From positions 1 through 32,448 of the IMG/VR virus record IMGVR_UViG_3300046779_000163: DNA of 32,448 bases; one strand, written 5' to 3'. The translations under genes and the position numbers were made by a program. Position 1 is the first letter of the stretch; the number at the start of each line of letters is the position of its first letter. The stretch is from a virus. Lineage: Duplodnaviria > Caudoviricetes. Below the pieces are notes generated by a model. The model was not told the origin of the DNA, searched no databases, and was given only the letters and a program-made list of their open reading frames with translations. Positions 17,901 to 24,662 of this stretch are shown in pieces.

Positions 17901-19546
17901 CAAGTTTATGGACTAAAACTGCTGGTACAACAAGTGCAATAGCAGAAGGTTCTAACTTATACTATACAGATGCTCGTGCAAGAGGTGCAATTAGTTTAAC
18001 GACTACTGGCAATAACGGAGCATCAACATACAATAGCACAACTGGTGTGTTAAATGTGCCTACTTATACTTTAGCTGGTTTAGGGGGTATCAACTTAACA
18101 TCTTTAAGTGCTACAAGTCCTTTATTATACGATAATACAACTGGGGTTTTCTCAATACAACAAGCATCTGGCTCACAAGCTGGTTACTTATCAAGTGCGG
18201 ATTGGACAACATTTAACTCTAAGCAATCGGCTTTAACAAACCCAGTAACTGGAACTGGTACAACAAACTACTTACCTAAATTTACTGGTGCAAGTACAAT
18301 TACAAATAGTATTATTTATGATAATGGAACCTTGATTGGTATTGGAACTTCAACTCCATCTTATAAATTAGATGTTCAAAATAATGTTACTGATTTTGTA
18401 GCAAGAATTTTAAATTTAAATACTACAACAGATAGCGCTGGTTTATTGGTTCAATGTGGTGTTAATGCTGGTAATGAAATTGCTTTATTTAGAAATGCTG
18501 CTGGTACTTCAAGAGTAGGAATTTATGCAAATGGAAATGTTGGGATAGGTGCAACAAATCCAAATTATAGACTTGTTGTAAATAGTGCAATTGATGGAAT
18601 TAGTGCTGGAATATCTGGTACAACATATGGTATTAGGTTTGACAATGGAGGAACATTTAGTTCTGGTATGTCAACAATACATGGTGTAGATTCTACTTTG
18701 ACTGGTAGTTATCAACCAATAATGATAAATGGTTCCGATGTAAGATTTGGCATAAGTGCAACAGAAAAAATGAGACTTAATTCATCTGGGAATTTGGGTA
18801 TTGGTACTAATAGTCCAGCTTTTAGACTTCATGTTGTAGGTCCAACAAATGGTGTAGCTTATGTTTCTGGTTCATCAAACGCTTATAGAGCAGAGTTAGC
18901 ATTAGAAGCAAATGGTCAATTTACTGGTTCATTTGTAGCTAATCCAAGTGCTTCATCTTCATATGGTGGAATTGGTACATCATTAGTAGGTATTACAACT
19001 TCATCAACTGATTTTGTAATAGCTACAAGTAATACAGAAAGATTGCGAGTTAATACAAGTGGTCATGTATTAATAGGTCAAACATCTGCATCTGGTTCAA
19101 CAAATGGAATTTATATGAGACCAGGAGTTGAGAGTGGCTTTATTGTAACAAATGATATAGCATTACAATTAAGTAGATTAAGCAGCACTGGAGATATTCA
19201 ATCATTTTATAGTGGAAATACAAGAGTTGGCACAATTTCAGTTTCTGGCTCAAATACTTCTTATAATACATCGTCAGATTATAGATTAAAAGATGATTTT
19301 AAAGATTTTAATGGAATTGATTTAATTTCTAAAATTAGAACTTATGATTTTAAATGGAAATTAGATGATACAAGAAATTATGGTGTAATTGCTCATGAAA
19401 TTGAAGAAATAATACCTTATGTTGTAATGGGAGAAAAAGATGGAGAATTTTATCAAGGTGTTGATTATTCAAAATTAGTTCCAGTATTAATTAAAGCAAT
19501 TCAAGAACTTTCTGCTAAAGTATCAGCATTAGAGAATAAATCATAA
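14981..19546 (+). CDS. Long tail fibre (about 1521 aa) with C-terminal peptidase S74-like chaperone
   Basis: ATG 14981 overlaps the previous stop (TAATG); modular Thr/Gly repeats; GNVGIG repeats; SSDYRLK, GVIAHEI, VDYSKLVPVLIKAIQEL. Confidence 0.9.
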   Translation: MSTEITINQDRIDINVDTSVITIESPQGGYPLPNNVYSVFGRVGNVVAEEGDYDLTQLGDVTITGPLTGQSLIYNGTSWVNSTETYTGTVTSVAMTTPTGLTVTGSPITTSGTLALALATGYSIPTTASQATWDSAYNDKINSAAVTGTTTKTLTLNQQDGGTITATWSDYDTAPVTSVFGRTGAITAQSGDYNTLQVTENTNLYFTEQRARYSISGDATSGVVYQNTTGIIALDDIPNTSLLHDSVTINSKTVALGASTTLTTTDIGEGTNLYFTTARAQAAISGTAPISVASGVVSISQSGPSTNGYLSSADWNTFNTKQSALTLGDLTSSDITVTGGTGAVVGSGSTLTLATVNSNVGTYGSSIAIPVITVNAKGLTTAVSTVAVSIPSGSLSFIGDVTGTGSTGSDTTLTLATVNSNIGEFGDSVTVPTFTVNAKGLITAASENAIPTATSSVTGLLTSTDWSTFNAKQAQLNGTGFVKVSGTTVSYDNSTYLTTIEGIAAGGELSGTYASPSLVNSAVTGKVLTGLNVTGGTVTATDSILDAFGKVQNQINGLIGGSQYQGTWNASTNTPALASGVGTKGYYYIVSVAGSTNLDGITDWNLGDWAIYDGTAWQQVDNTDAVVSVNGFTGAVSLTTSNIAEGTNEYFTTARARQSVSAGTGISYDNSTGVITNSAPDQTVSLTASTGISTSGFYPNFTITNTAPDQTVSLTGGTGISATGTYPNFTITNTAPDQTVSLTGAGGTSITGTYPNFTITSSVGTGTVTSVGLTNSGDALSITGSPITSSGTFNIGFLGTGAQYIKGDGTLAAFPTTIDQAKKLVTEVYNATGATLTKGTVVYINGGQGNLPTVTKALASADNTSAQTYGVVQSDITNNNNGFVVVIGSLNDIDTSAYASGTQLYLSGTTAGEWTSTKPYAPIHLVYVGIVVRSHPTQGVVEIRIQNGYELEELHDVSAQSPSNGDILQYVSSTSLWTKTAGTTSAIAEGSNLYYTDARARGAISLTTTGNNGASTYNSTTGVLNVPTYTLAGLGGINLTSLSATSPLLYDNTTGVFSIQQASGSQAGYLSSADWTTFNSKQSALTNPVTGTGTTNYLPKFTGASTITNSIIYDNGTLIGIGTSTPSYKLDVQNNVTDFVARILNLNTTTDSAGLLVQCGVNAGNEIALFRNAAGTSRVGIYANGNVGIGATNPNYRLVVNSAIDGISAGISGTTYGIRFDNGGTFSSGMSTIHGVDSTLTGSYQPIMINGSDVRFGISATEKMRLNSSGNLGIGTNSPAFRLHVVGPTNGVAYVSGSSNAYRAELALEANGQFTGSFVANPSASSSYGGIGTSLVGITTSSTDFVIATSNTERLRVNTSGHVLIGQTSASGSTNGIYMRPGVESGFIVTNDIALQLSRLSSTGDIQSFYSGNTRVGTISVSGSNTSYNTSSDYRLKDDFKDFNGIDLISKIRTYDFKWKLDDTRNYGVIAHEIEEIIPYVVMGEKDGEFYQGVDYSKLVPVLIKAIQELSAKVSALENKS
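17008..17260 (+). repeat. Three tandem ~78-nt (26-aa) coding repeats in the long fibre
   Basis: N(S/T)APDQTVSLT.......(S/T)G.YPNFTIT occurs three times. Confidence 0.85.
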
Positions 19547-19551
19547 ATTTG
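19544..19551 (+). promoter_or_regulatory. -7 promoter box TAAATTTG ahead of the lysis module
   Basis: TAnnTTTG overlapping the fibre stop codon. Confidence 0.55.
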
Positions 19552-19565
19552 TAAAAAATAATAAT

Positions 19566-19706
19566 ATGACATTAAGCAACGAACAATTACAACAGTTAGA
19601 AGCTATCTTATTGGAAACTCCATTTAAGTATGCTCAACCTATTTTAAACATTTTAACTAAGGCTGCTCAAGAACAAGCACCTAAAGAAGAAGTAAAAGAA
19701 GATTAA
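19566..19706 (+). CDS. Small hypothetical protein, 46 aa (not in the ORF track)
   Basis: MTLSNEQLQQLEAILLETPFKYAQPILNILTKAAQEQAPKEEVKED; fills the gap after the fibre. Confidence 0.7.
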   Translation: MTLSNEQLQQLEAILLETPFKYAQPILNILTKAAQEQAPKEEVKED

Positions 19707-19707
19707 G

Positions 19708-19875
19708 ATGAATCACCACGACACAAACCAACCGATTTTGAGTGTAATATTAAGCGTTTCTGGAGCTTTAATTAGTATTGGAAATTTTGTACCATTAGTT
19801 CAAATTACGGCAGGATTGGTTGGTATTGCGACTGGTGTGGTGGCTTTGCATAAGCAACTAAAAAAGAAGAAGTAA
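19708..19875 (+). CDS. Holin-like membrane protein, 55 aa (not in the ORF track)
   Basis: MNHHDTNQPILSVILSVSGALISIGNFVPLVQITAGLVGIATGVVALHKQLKKKK: two hydrophobic segments, basic C-terminus, TAATG coupling to the next gene. Confidence 0.65.
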   Translation: MNHHDTNQPILSVILSVSGALISIGNFVPLVQITAGLVGIATGVVALHKQLKKKK

Positions 19876-20417
19876 TGAAATCGGTTATTATCACTTTATT
19901 AATAGCCGTTTTGATATTTTTCATATTTGACAAGTCAAAGTACATAGGCAACGAGCCAATCATAGTAACTAAGGTTGATACTGTTTATAGTAAAGACACA
20001 ATAGTAAAGATTAAGAAGGGTAAAGACATTCCTTTTGAGATTTACCGAGTTTTAGAAGATTCAATCTTTATTCACGACACGATACAAGTTTTAAGCGACT
20101 ACTACGCTACAAGGGTTTATAAGGATACAATTACCCAAGATTCAAGTAAGTTTTATATTCAAGATTCTATTTCCCAGAACAAAATTCTAAATAGAGCATT
20201 TAAGGCACAAATTGCCTATAAAACGATTTACAATACTACAACTATAACTAAAAAGAATAAGAATGCCATTTATTTAGGCTTTTTAACCGATTTAAGGGCA
20301 TTTGACAATAAATTAGGGATAGGAGTTGGCTTAGGCTATTATTCGCCTAAAAAAGGCTTATTTTTGCTAAACGCAACAACAAATCAATATAGTTTAGGTT
20401 TTTATAAAAAATTCTAA
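19875..20417 (+). CDS. Membrane-anchored lysis-module protein, spanin candidate
   Basis: N-terminal transmembrane segment, DT-rich stalk, C-terminal amphipathic beta strands ending in Phe. Confidence 0.55.
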   Translation: MKSVIITLLIAVLIFFIFDKSKYIGNEPIIVTKVDTVYSKDTIVKIKKGKDIPFEIYRVLEDSIFIHDTIQVLSDYYATRVYKDTITQDSSKFYIQDSISQNKILNRAFKAQIAYKTIYNTTTITKKNKNAIYLGFLTDLRAFDNKLGIGVGLGYYSPKKGLFLLNATTNQYSLGFYKKF

Positions 20418-20418
20418 T

Positions 20419-20634
20419 ATGTCAAAATGGATAGCCAACTTACTATCAGACGAGCGAGGAAGTATATCTACAAAGCGAGTTATCGCCTTGTTGAGTGCGT
20501 TCTTTTTATGTGTAACACTTTTGCTTAACGCAATTAAGGGTATTGCACTTTCGGACAATATTGTAAACGCAGTAATGGCTATTTGCGTGGCTGCGATGGG
20601 TTCTACTTCTATTGATAAATTCTCAAACAAATAA
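20419..20634 (+). CDS. Putative holin (2 TM)
   Basis: LLSDERGSISTKRV followed by two hydrophobic helices; upstream of the endolysin. Confidence 0.65.
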   Translation: MSKWIANLLSDERGSISTKRVIALLSAFFLCVTLLLNAIKGIALSDNIVNAVMAICVAAMGSTSIDKFSNK

Positions 20635-20636
20635 CT

Positions 20637-20723
20637 ATGAAAAAAAACGAAAAAGAAGCATTTGCATTTGGTGTTGTACTTTGGATTGTGTTAGTAAGTA
20701 TCTTTGCTAAACATTTGTTATAA
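20637..20723 (+). CDS. Single-TM microprotein, 28 aa (not in the ORF track)
   Basis: MKKNEKEAFAFGVVLWIVLVSIFAKHLL; exactly fills the gap; AACTATG start context. Confidence 0.6.
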   Translation: MKKNEKEAFAFGVVLWIVLVSIFAKHLL

Positions 20724-20726
20724 AAG

Positions 20727-21329
20727 ATGATTTCCAAGCGTTCAATTGACCTTATTATTCAGCATGAAATAGGCGGTCGTGCGGTGTATGAAAAACGCTA
20801 CCAAAAGCCAATATGGGCTGGTGGTGATTCTGGCTGCACTATTGGGATTGGCTACGACTTGGGTTATGTAACCGAAAAGCAGTTTTTTAGCGATTGGCAA
20901 GGTTTAAACCTTAACTTCTTAAACGCACTTAAAAGATTCTGCGGAGTTAAAGGCGAAATAGTTAAGACTATGCTAAGGGGCGAGGTTCTTAATGTAGTTA
21001 TTCCATATAATATGGCATATGATGTTTTCGTTAAGAAATCAATACCTAAGTATTACGCAATGACTAAAAAGATATATCCGCAATTAGATACTTTAAACGA
21101 AGACACAAGAGGTGCGTTAGTTTCTATGGTATATAACAGAGGAGCGAAATTAGACGGAGATTCAAGAAAGGAAATGAAAGCTATCGTGGATTTAGTGGCT
21201 AAACAAGATTACGAGGGAATTGCGGAACAAATTGAAAAGAGTAAAAGATTGTGGGAAGGGCGTGGACTTGATGGGTTGGTAATTAGGAGAGAAGCTGAAG
21301 CGGATTTGATTCGTGAAAGTATGGCATAA
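20727..21329 (+). CDS. Endolysin, lysozyme-like muramidase (pesticin/T4 lysozyme-like)
   Basis: IIQHE, DSGCTIGIGYDLG, ALVSMVYNRG, GLVIRREAEA. Confidence 0.88.
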   Translation: MISKRSIDLIIQHEIGGRAVYEKRYQKPIWAGGDSGCTIGIGYDLGYVTEKQFFSDWQGLNLNFLNALKRFCGVKGEIVKTMLRGEVLNVVIPYNMAYDVFVKKSIPKYYAMTKKIYPQLDTLNEDTRGALVSMVYNRGAKLDGDSRKEMKAIVDLVAKQDYEGIAEQIEKSKRLWEGRGLDGLVIRREAEADLIRESMA

Positions 21330-21346
21330 CCAAAAAACCGAAAATA

Positions 21347-22366
21347 ATGGCTGGAATGAAAACAACAATGAGTGGCAAGATAATCCTTGACTACTTAGAA
21401 AAGTATCCTCAATGGATGCCATCGCATACTTTAGCATCTTTAATCTACAAAGAGAACAAGAACCATTTTGATAACTCCGAGCAAATCCGAGCCTTAATTA
21501 GATATTACAGAGGTAAACTTGGTTCTACTGCTAAGAAACAATTAACCAACACTAAATTCGTTGATGAGTTTACAAGACACTCCGCAAACTTTGTGCAACC
21601 TCCTACATGGGTTGAAGAGAAACAAATTTTTAATTTGCCTATAGGAATAAAGAAAATGGGTTTTATTAGTGATTTGCAAGTTCCATTTCACGATCCAAAA
21701 GCAATAGATATTACATTTGATTATTTAACAAAGGAAGGAATAGACACGCTTTTTATTAATGGCGATTTAGTTGATTTCTACCAGTTAAGCGATTTCCAAA
21801 AGGATCCAAGAGTAAGAAAGTTTGACGAAGAACATGAAGCTATTATTGAGATGTTAGCTTACATAAGAAAGTCGTTCCCAAATATGACTATTTACTACAA
21901 TTTAGATAGCAACCATGAATTTAGGTATGAACGCTATATGCGAACAAAAGCACCAGAATTATTGAGTTTGCAGTTATTTGAGATAGAAGATATTTTACAA
22001 TTAAATACTTTTAACATTAAGCCTTTAAAGAATAACGACCATGTTAAGTTCGGACATCTACCAATAATACACGGAGATACTACATTTAGGCGAGGTTCTG
22101 GAGTAAGTCCTGCTAAAACATTATACGATAGAGTAAAGCAGTCAGCAATTGCATCCCATGTACATAGAACAAGCGAATACACGACTAAAAACCAGTTTGA
22201 CGGAGAAATATTTACTTGTTGGACAACTGGGCATCTAATGCATCCAAATGTTGAATATTGTAAACACACAGACCAGTACAATCAAGGATTCGCAATATTA
22301 GAGAAAGATAAAAGCGGAGAGTTTAGAGTACACAACAAACGAATAATAAAAAACAAAGTATTTTAA
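21347..22366 (+). CDS. Calcineurin-like metallophosphoesterase with an N-terminal extension
   Basis: SDLQVPFHD, NGDLVD, SNHE, IIHG, SHVH motifs. Confidence 0.85.
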   Translation: MAGMKTTMSGKIILDYLEKYPQWMPSHTLASLIYKENKNHFDNSEQIRALIRYYRGKLGSTAKKQLTNTKFVDEFTRHSANFVQPPTWVEEKQIFNLPIGIKKMGFISDLQVPFHDPKAIDITFDYLTKEGIDTLFINGDLVDFYQLSDFQKDPRVRKFDEEHEAIIEMLAYIRKSFPNMTIYYNLDSNHEFRYERYMRTKAPELLSLQLFEIEDILQLNTFNIKPLKNNDHVKFGHLPIIHGDTTFRRGSGVSPAKTLYDRVKQSAIASHVHRTSEYTTKNQFDGEIFTCWTTGHLMHPNVEYCKHTDQYNQGFAILEKDKSGEFRVHNKRIIKNKVF

Positions 22367-22557
22367 TGAGCCAAGTAACCGAACAAGTGATAAACGACAT
22401 CAAAGCAAGAGAAATAAAAGGCTTAGAAACATACGGAGTAACAATGGATCGAACTGATCTAACGCAAGACCAATGGTTACAACACGCTTACGAAGAAAGT
22501 CTTGACTTCTGCATTTATTTAAAAAAATTATTAATTATTAGAAATGGCAACTCTTAA
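22366..22557 (+). CDS. Small helical protein, possibly MazG/all-alpha NTP-pyrophosphatase-like
   Basis: KGLETYG...WLQHAYEESLDFCIYL with an EExxD acidic helix. Confidence 0.45.
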   Translation: MSQVTEQVINDIKAREIKGLETYGVTMDRTDLTQDQWLQHAYEESLDFCIYLKKLLIIRNGNS

Positions 22558-22744
22558 ACTACCTAAAGGATTCAGCAAAATGACATTATTTGAGCAAGAA
22601 AGCATTTTAGTTACCAAACTAAACGAGGTTTACGATTTAGAAAACGAGATTAAAAAAGCGTTAGCAAAAGTTAGAGGTGGATTAAAGTACACTCCTAAGG
22701 AAATTGACAGATTAGATTTGATTGAATTAAAGGATGAAAATTAG
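22544..22744 (+). CDS. Hypothetical protein
   Basis: Coupled ORF, coiled-coil-like. Confidence 0.65.
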   Translation: MATLKLPKGFSKMTLFEQESILVTKLNEVYDLENEIKKALAKVRGGLKYTPKEIDRLDLIELKDEN

Positions 22745-23003
22745 AATTATATATAAGAAACTGGGCAAAGAAAAGGCTCACGGCATCGCTTGTAGTGATG
22801 GCGAAGTTCTTATTGATTCAAGATTAAAGGGTAAAAAGCATTTAGAAATATTGATCCACGAAGTTTTGCATCTTTTAAACCCAGAAGATAGCGAGGAAAA
22901 GATAGTGCGTAAAAGCGTTGCCTTAACCAAGATACTATGGAAAGAGGGGTACAGAAGAGTTGACAACCACGACAAAGACCTGCTTCAAGACGGCTCAAAA
23001 TAG
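22734..23003 (+). CDS. Small HExxH zinc metallopeptidase-like protein
   Basis: AHGIA...IDSRL...ILIHEVLH....SEE. Confidence 0.7.
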   Translation: MKIRIIYKKLGKEKAHGIACSDGEVLIDSRLKGKKHLEILIHEVLHLLNPEDSEEKIVRKSVALTKILWKEGYRRVDNHDKDLLQDGSK

Positions 23004-23009
23004 AAGTCT

Positions 23010-23073
23010 TATCTTTGTAATGTTGTTTTTTCATAGTTCAGGTTTCTCCCAGTGTAAAAAGCTGGGAGTTTTT
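23010..23073 (+). ncRNA. Putative small RNA 1 (promoter box TATCTTTG 23010-17; RNA about 23021-23073)
   Basis: Promoter box, then TGTTGTTTTTTCATAGTTCAGGTTT, then terminator stem CTCCCAG(23046-52)/CTGGGAG(23062-68) plus T5. Confidence 0.6.
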
Positions 23074-23076
23074 ATT

Positions 23077-23151
23077 TATATTTGCTCATTCATATTGCAT
23101 AGTTTAGATTAAGGTTTTACAAGCGAGGGGTGTTTCTACATCCCTTTTTTT
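23077..23151 (+). ncRNA. Putative small RNA 2 (promoter box TATATTTG 23077-84; RNA about 23088-23151)
   Basis: Promoter box, then ATTCATATTGCATAGTTTAGATTAAGGTTTTAC, then terminator stem AGGGGTGT(23126-33)/ACATCCCT(23138-45) plus T-run. Confidence 0.6.
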
Positions 23152-23245
23152 ATGCTAAAATCATTAGCAAAATGATCCGAATAAGCCAGATAATCGGTTC
23201 AAATGTTAAAATTTCCTTAAATAGTAAAAAATAATTGTAGATAAG

Positions 23246-23277
23246 TTTGGTGGATAAGCTATGTGCATATATCTTTA
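23246..23277 (+). promoter_or_regulatory. Putative early promoter (-33 TTTG, 20-nt spacer, -7 TATCTTTA)
   Basis: Near-consensus Bacteroidota sigma-A architecture ahead of the small-gene block. Confidence 0.55.
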
Positions 23278-23301
23278 CTTCATAAACCAAAAAACAACAA
23301 T

Positions 23302-23499
23302 ATGAAAGCAAATTTTGAGATTTTCCCAATTGGAACTAAAGTACAGTCTTATGACAAAGATGGTTATTATGTAATGAACGCTTGTGGATTTATTGAAAAA
23401 CACTTAGGGGATGGACATTGTATTATCAAAGCGTTTAACGGAAAGTATTATTCAACTGTTGGTCAGTACAGAATTGCAGAAGTAGAGCAATTACATTAA
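23302..23499 (+). CDS. Hypothetical early protein (65 aa)
   Basis: ATG 23302 with an A-rich leader; FPIGTKVQ, possibly a small beta-barrel. Confidence 0.7.
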   Translation: MKANFEIFPIGTKVQSYDKDGYYVMNACGFIEKHLGDGHCIIKAFNGKYYSTVGQYRIAEVEQLH

Positions 23500-23557
23500 A
23501 ATAAAAATAGGGGTGCGACTATTCAACGCACAATTTTATAACCTTAAATTAAAAACT

Positions 23558-23755
23558 ATGAACTGGCAAACGACAATCTATTATGCCCAAGACGGCATAG
23601 ACTACCAACAAGTATTAGAAGCACCACACATCCCAAGAGTAGGCGATAGTATTATCGCAAATTTTGGCAAAGGAGTACACAGAATTATGTTCACAGTAGA
23701 AAGCATTACATTTTCTACAATGTCAAACTCAATTATTATCACTTTAAAACCTTAA
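23558..23755 (+). CDS. Hypothetical early protein (65 aa)
   Basis: AAACTATG start at 23558; HIPRVGDSI motif. Confidence 0.7.
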   Translation: MNWQTTIYYAQDGIDYQQVLEAPHIPRVGDSIIANFGKGVHRIMFTVESITFSTMSNSIIITLKP

Positions 23756-23757
23756 AC

Positions 23758-23853
23758 ATGAATCAGTACGAAAAAGACTCAATCAAGCCTATTTATGCCT
23801 TCATTATTTTTATGATTGGCTTAGTATTAACTGCATTAGTAGAAAACCTCTAA
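23758..23853 (+). CDS. Single-TM microprotein, 31 aa (not in the ORF track)
   Basis: MNQYEKDSIKPIYAFIIFMIGLVLTALVENL; fills the gap. Confidence 0.6.
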   Translation: MNQYEKDSIKPIYAFIIFMIGLVLTALVENL

Positions 23854-23863
23854 ACCTAAAAAT

Positions 23864-24163
23864 ATGAATCTAATCTATCAAGGGAAACAACTAAAACTAC
23901 ACAAAAGAGCGGCTTGTTTATTAGAATTGTTAAAGTCTGCACAATCCAGACAAACGCTATTTGAGAAAGATTTGGCAACTTGGCGAAGAGGTACAATGGA
24001 TGACCCAATCCGCTTAATGCAGCGAGAGGAAGACATTCTTATAAAGATTGCCAGAATGAACCAAGTTCAAAAGCGTATTTTAAAATCATACCATTTTTTA
24101 ATATTGGATTTGTACGAAATCACAGAGGATTTTATGCTTCCAATTAACCTTTTACACTTTTAA
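23864..24163 (+). CDS. Hypothetical protein
   Basis: ORF with an A-rich leader. Confidence 0.7.
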   Translation: MNLIYQGKQLKLHKRAACLLELLKSAQSRQTLFEKDLATWRRGTMDDPIRLMQREEDILIKIARMNQVQKRILKSYHFLILDLYEITEDFMLPINLLHF

Positions 24164-24164
24164 T

Positions 24165-24353
24165 ATGAGTTACATAGACAACAAAGCGTATTATATCAAG
24201 ATGGTGCAAATCTTGGAATTAGAAAACGAATTACTTAGAAAACAAATTAAAGAAACAAAACAGAAATTAAATGAGTTACTTAACCCATCCGATAATGAAG
24301 GAAAAATCGGGATTAAAACAACAAATAGAGAAAGCGGATCAAATCATAGCTAA
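24165..24353 (+). CDS. Hypothetical coiled-coil protein
   Basis: LELENELLRKQIKE; starts 1 nt after the previous stop. Confidence 0.55.
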   Translation: MSYIDNKAYYIKMVQILELENELLRKQIKETKQKLNELLNPSDNEGKIGIKTTNRESGSNHS

Positions 24354-24609
24354 AGTTGCAGCTTTTTATGGTATGTCTAATGAAGACATAAGAGGCAAAT
24401 GCCGTAAGAAAGAACTGGTAAAAGCTAGATGGATTGCGATGCACTTTATTAGGCAACAAACTGACTTTACGCTAAATACAATTGGCGATATGTTCGGAAG
24501 GGACCATACAACAGTAATCCACGCTTTACAGACTATTAATGATATTATGGCTTTACACTATGAAACGGACTTCAAAGAAGATTTTATAAAAATTCAAAGA
24601 TTTATTTGA
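24271..24609 (+). CDS. Stand-alone DnaA C-terminal (domain IV) HTH protein
   Basis: IIAKVAAFYG...R.KELVKARWIAM......TLNTIGDMFGRDHTTVIHA is the DnaA domain IV signature. Confidence 0.88.
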   Translation: MSYLTHPIMKEKSGLKQQIEKADQIIAKVAAFYGMSNEDIRGKCRKKELVKARWIAMHFIRQQTDFTLNTIGDMFGRDHTTVIHALQTINDIMALHYETDFKEDFIKIQRFI

Positions 24610-24662
24610 TTATTCACAAAAAAGTCCTAATTTTAATTATCAAATAACCTAAAACACAATCT

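Noticed and set aside
12863-19546. Diversity-generating retroelement or invertible tail-fibre switch
   Set aside because: There is no reverse transcriptase or invertase, and the repeated modules differ at synonymous sites rather than specifically at adenines.
22810-23034. Minus-strand 74-aa ORF with a good-looking AACTATGAAA start
   Set aside because: It is antisense to the HExxH gene and has no protein features. Its start context is the complement of the putative sRNA 1 seed, and the equivalent position in unit 2 gives only MQYE-stop. Not fully excluded.
23152-23245. Third sRNA unit or tRNA in the rest of the regulatory gap
   Set aside because: Only weak short inverted repeats (TGCTAA/TTAGCA, ATCATT/AATGAT) are present, with no promoter-terminator unit and no cloverleaf.
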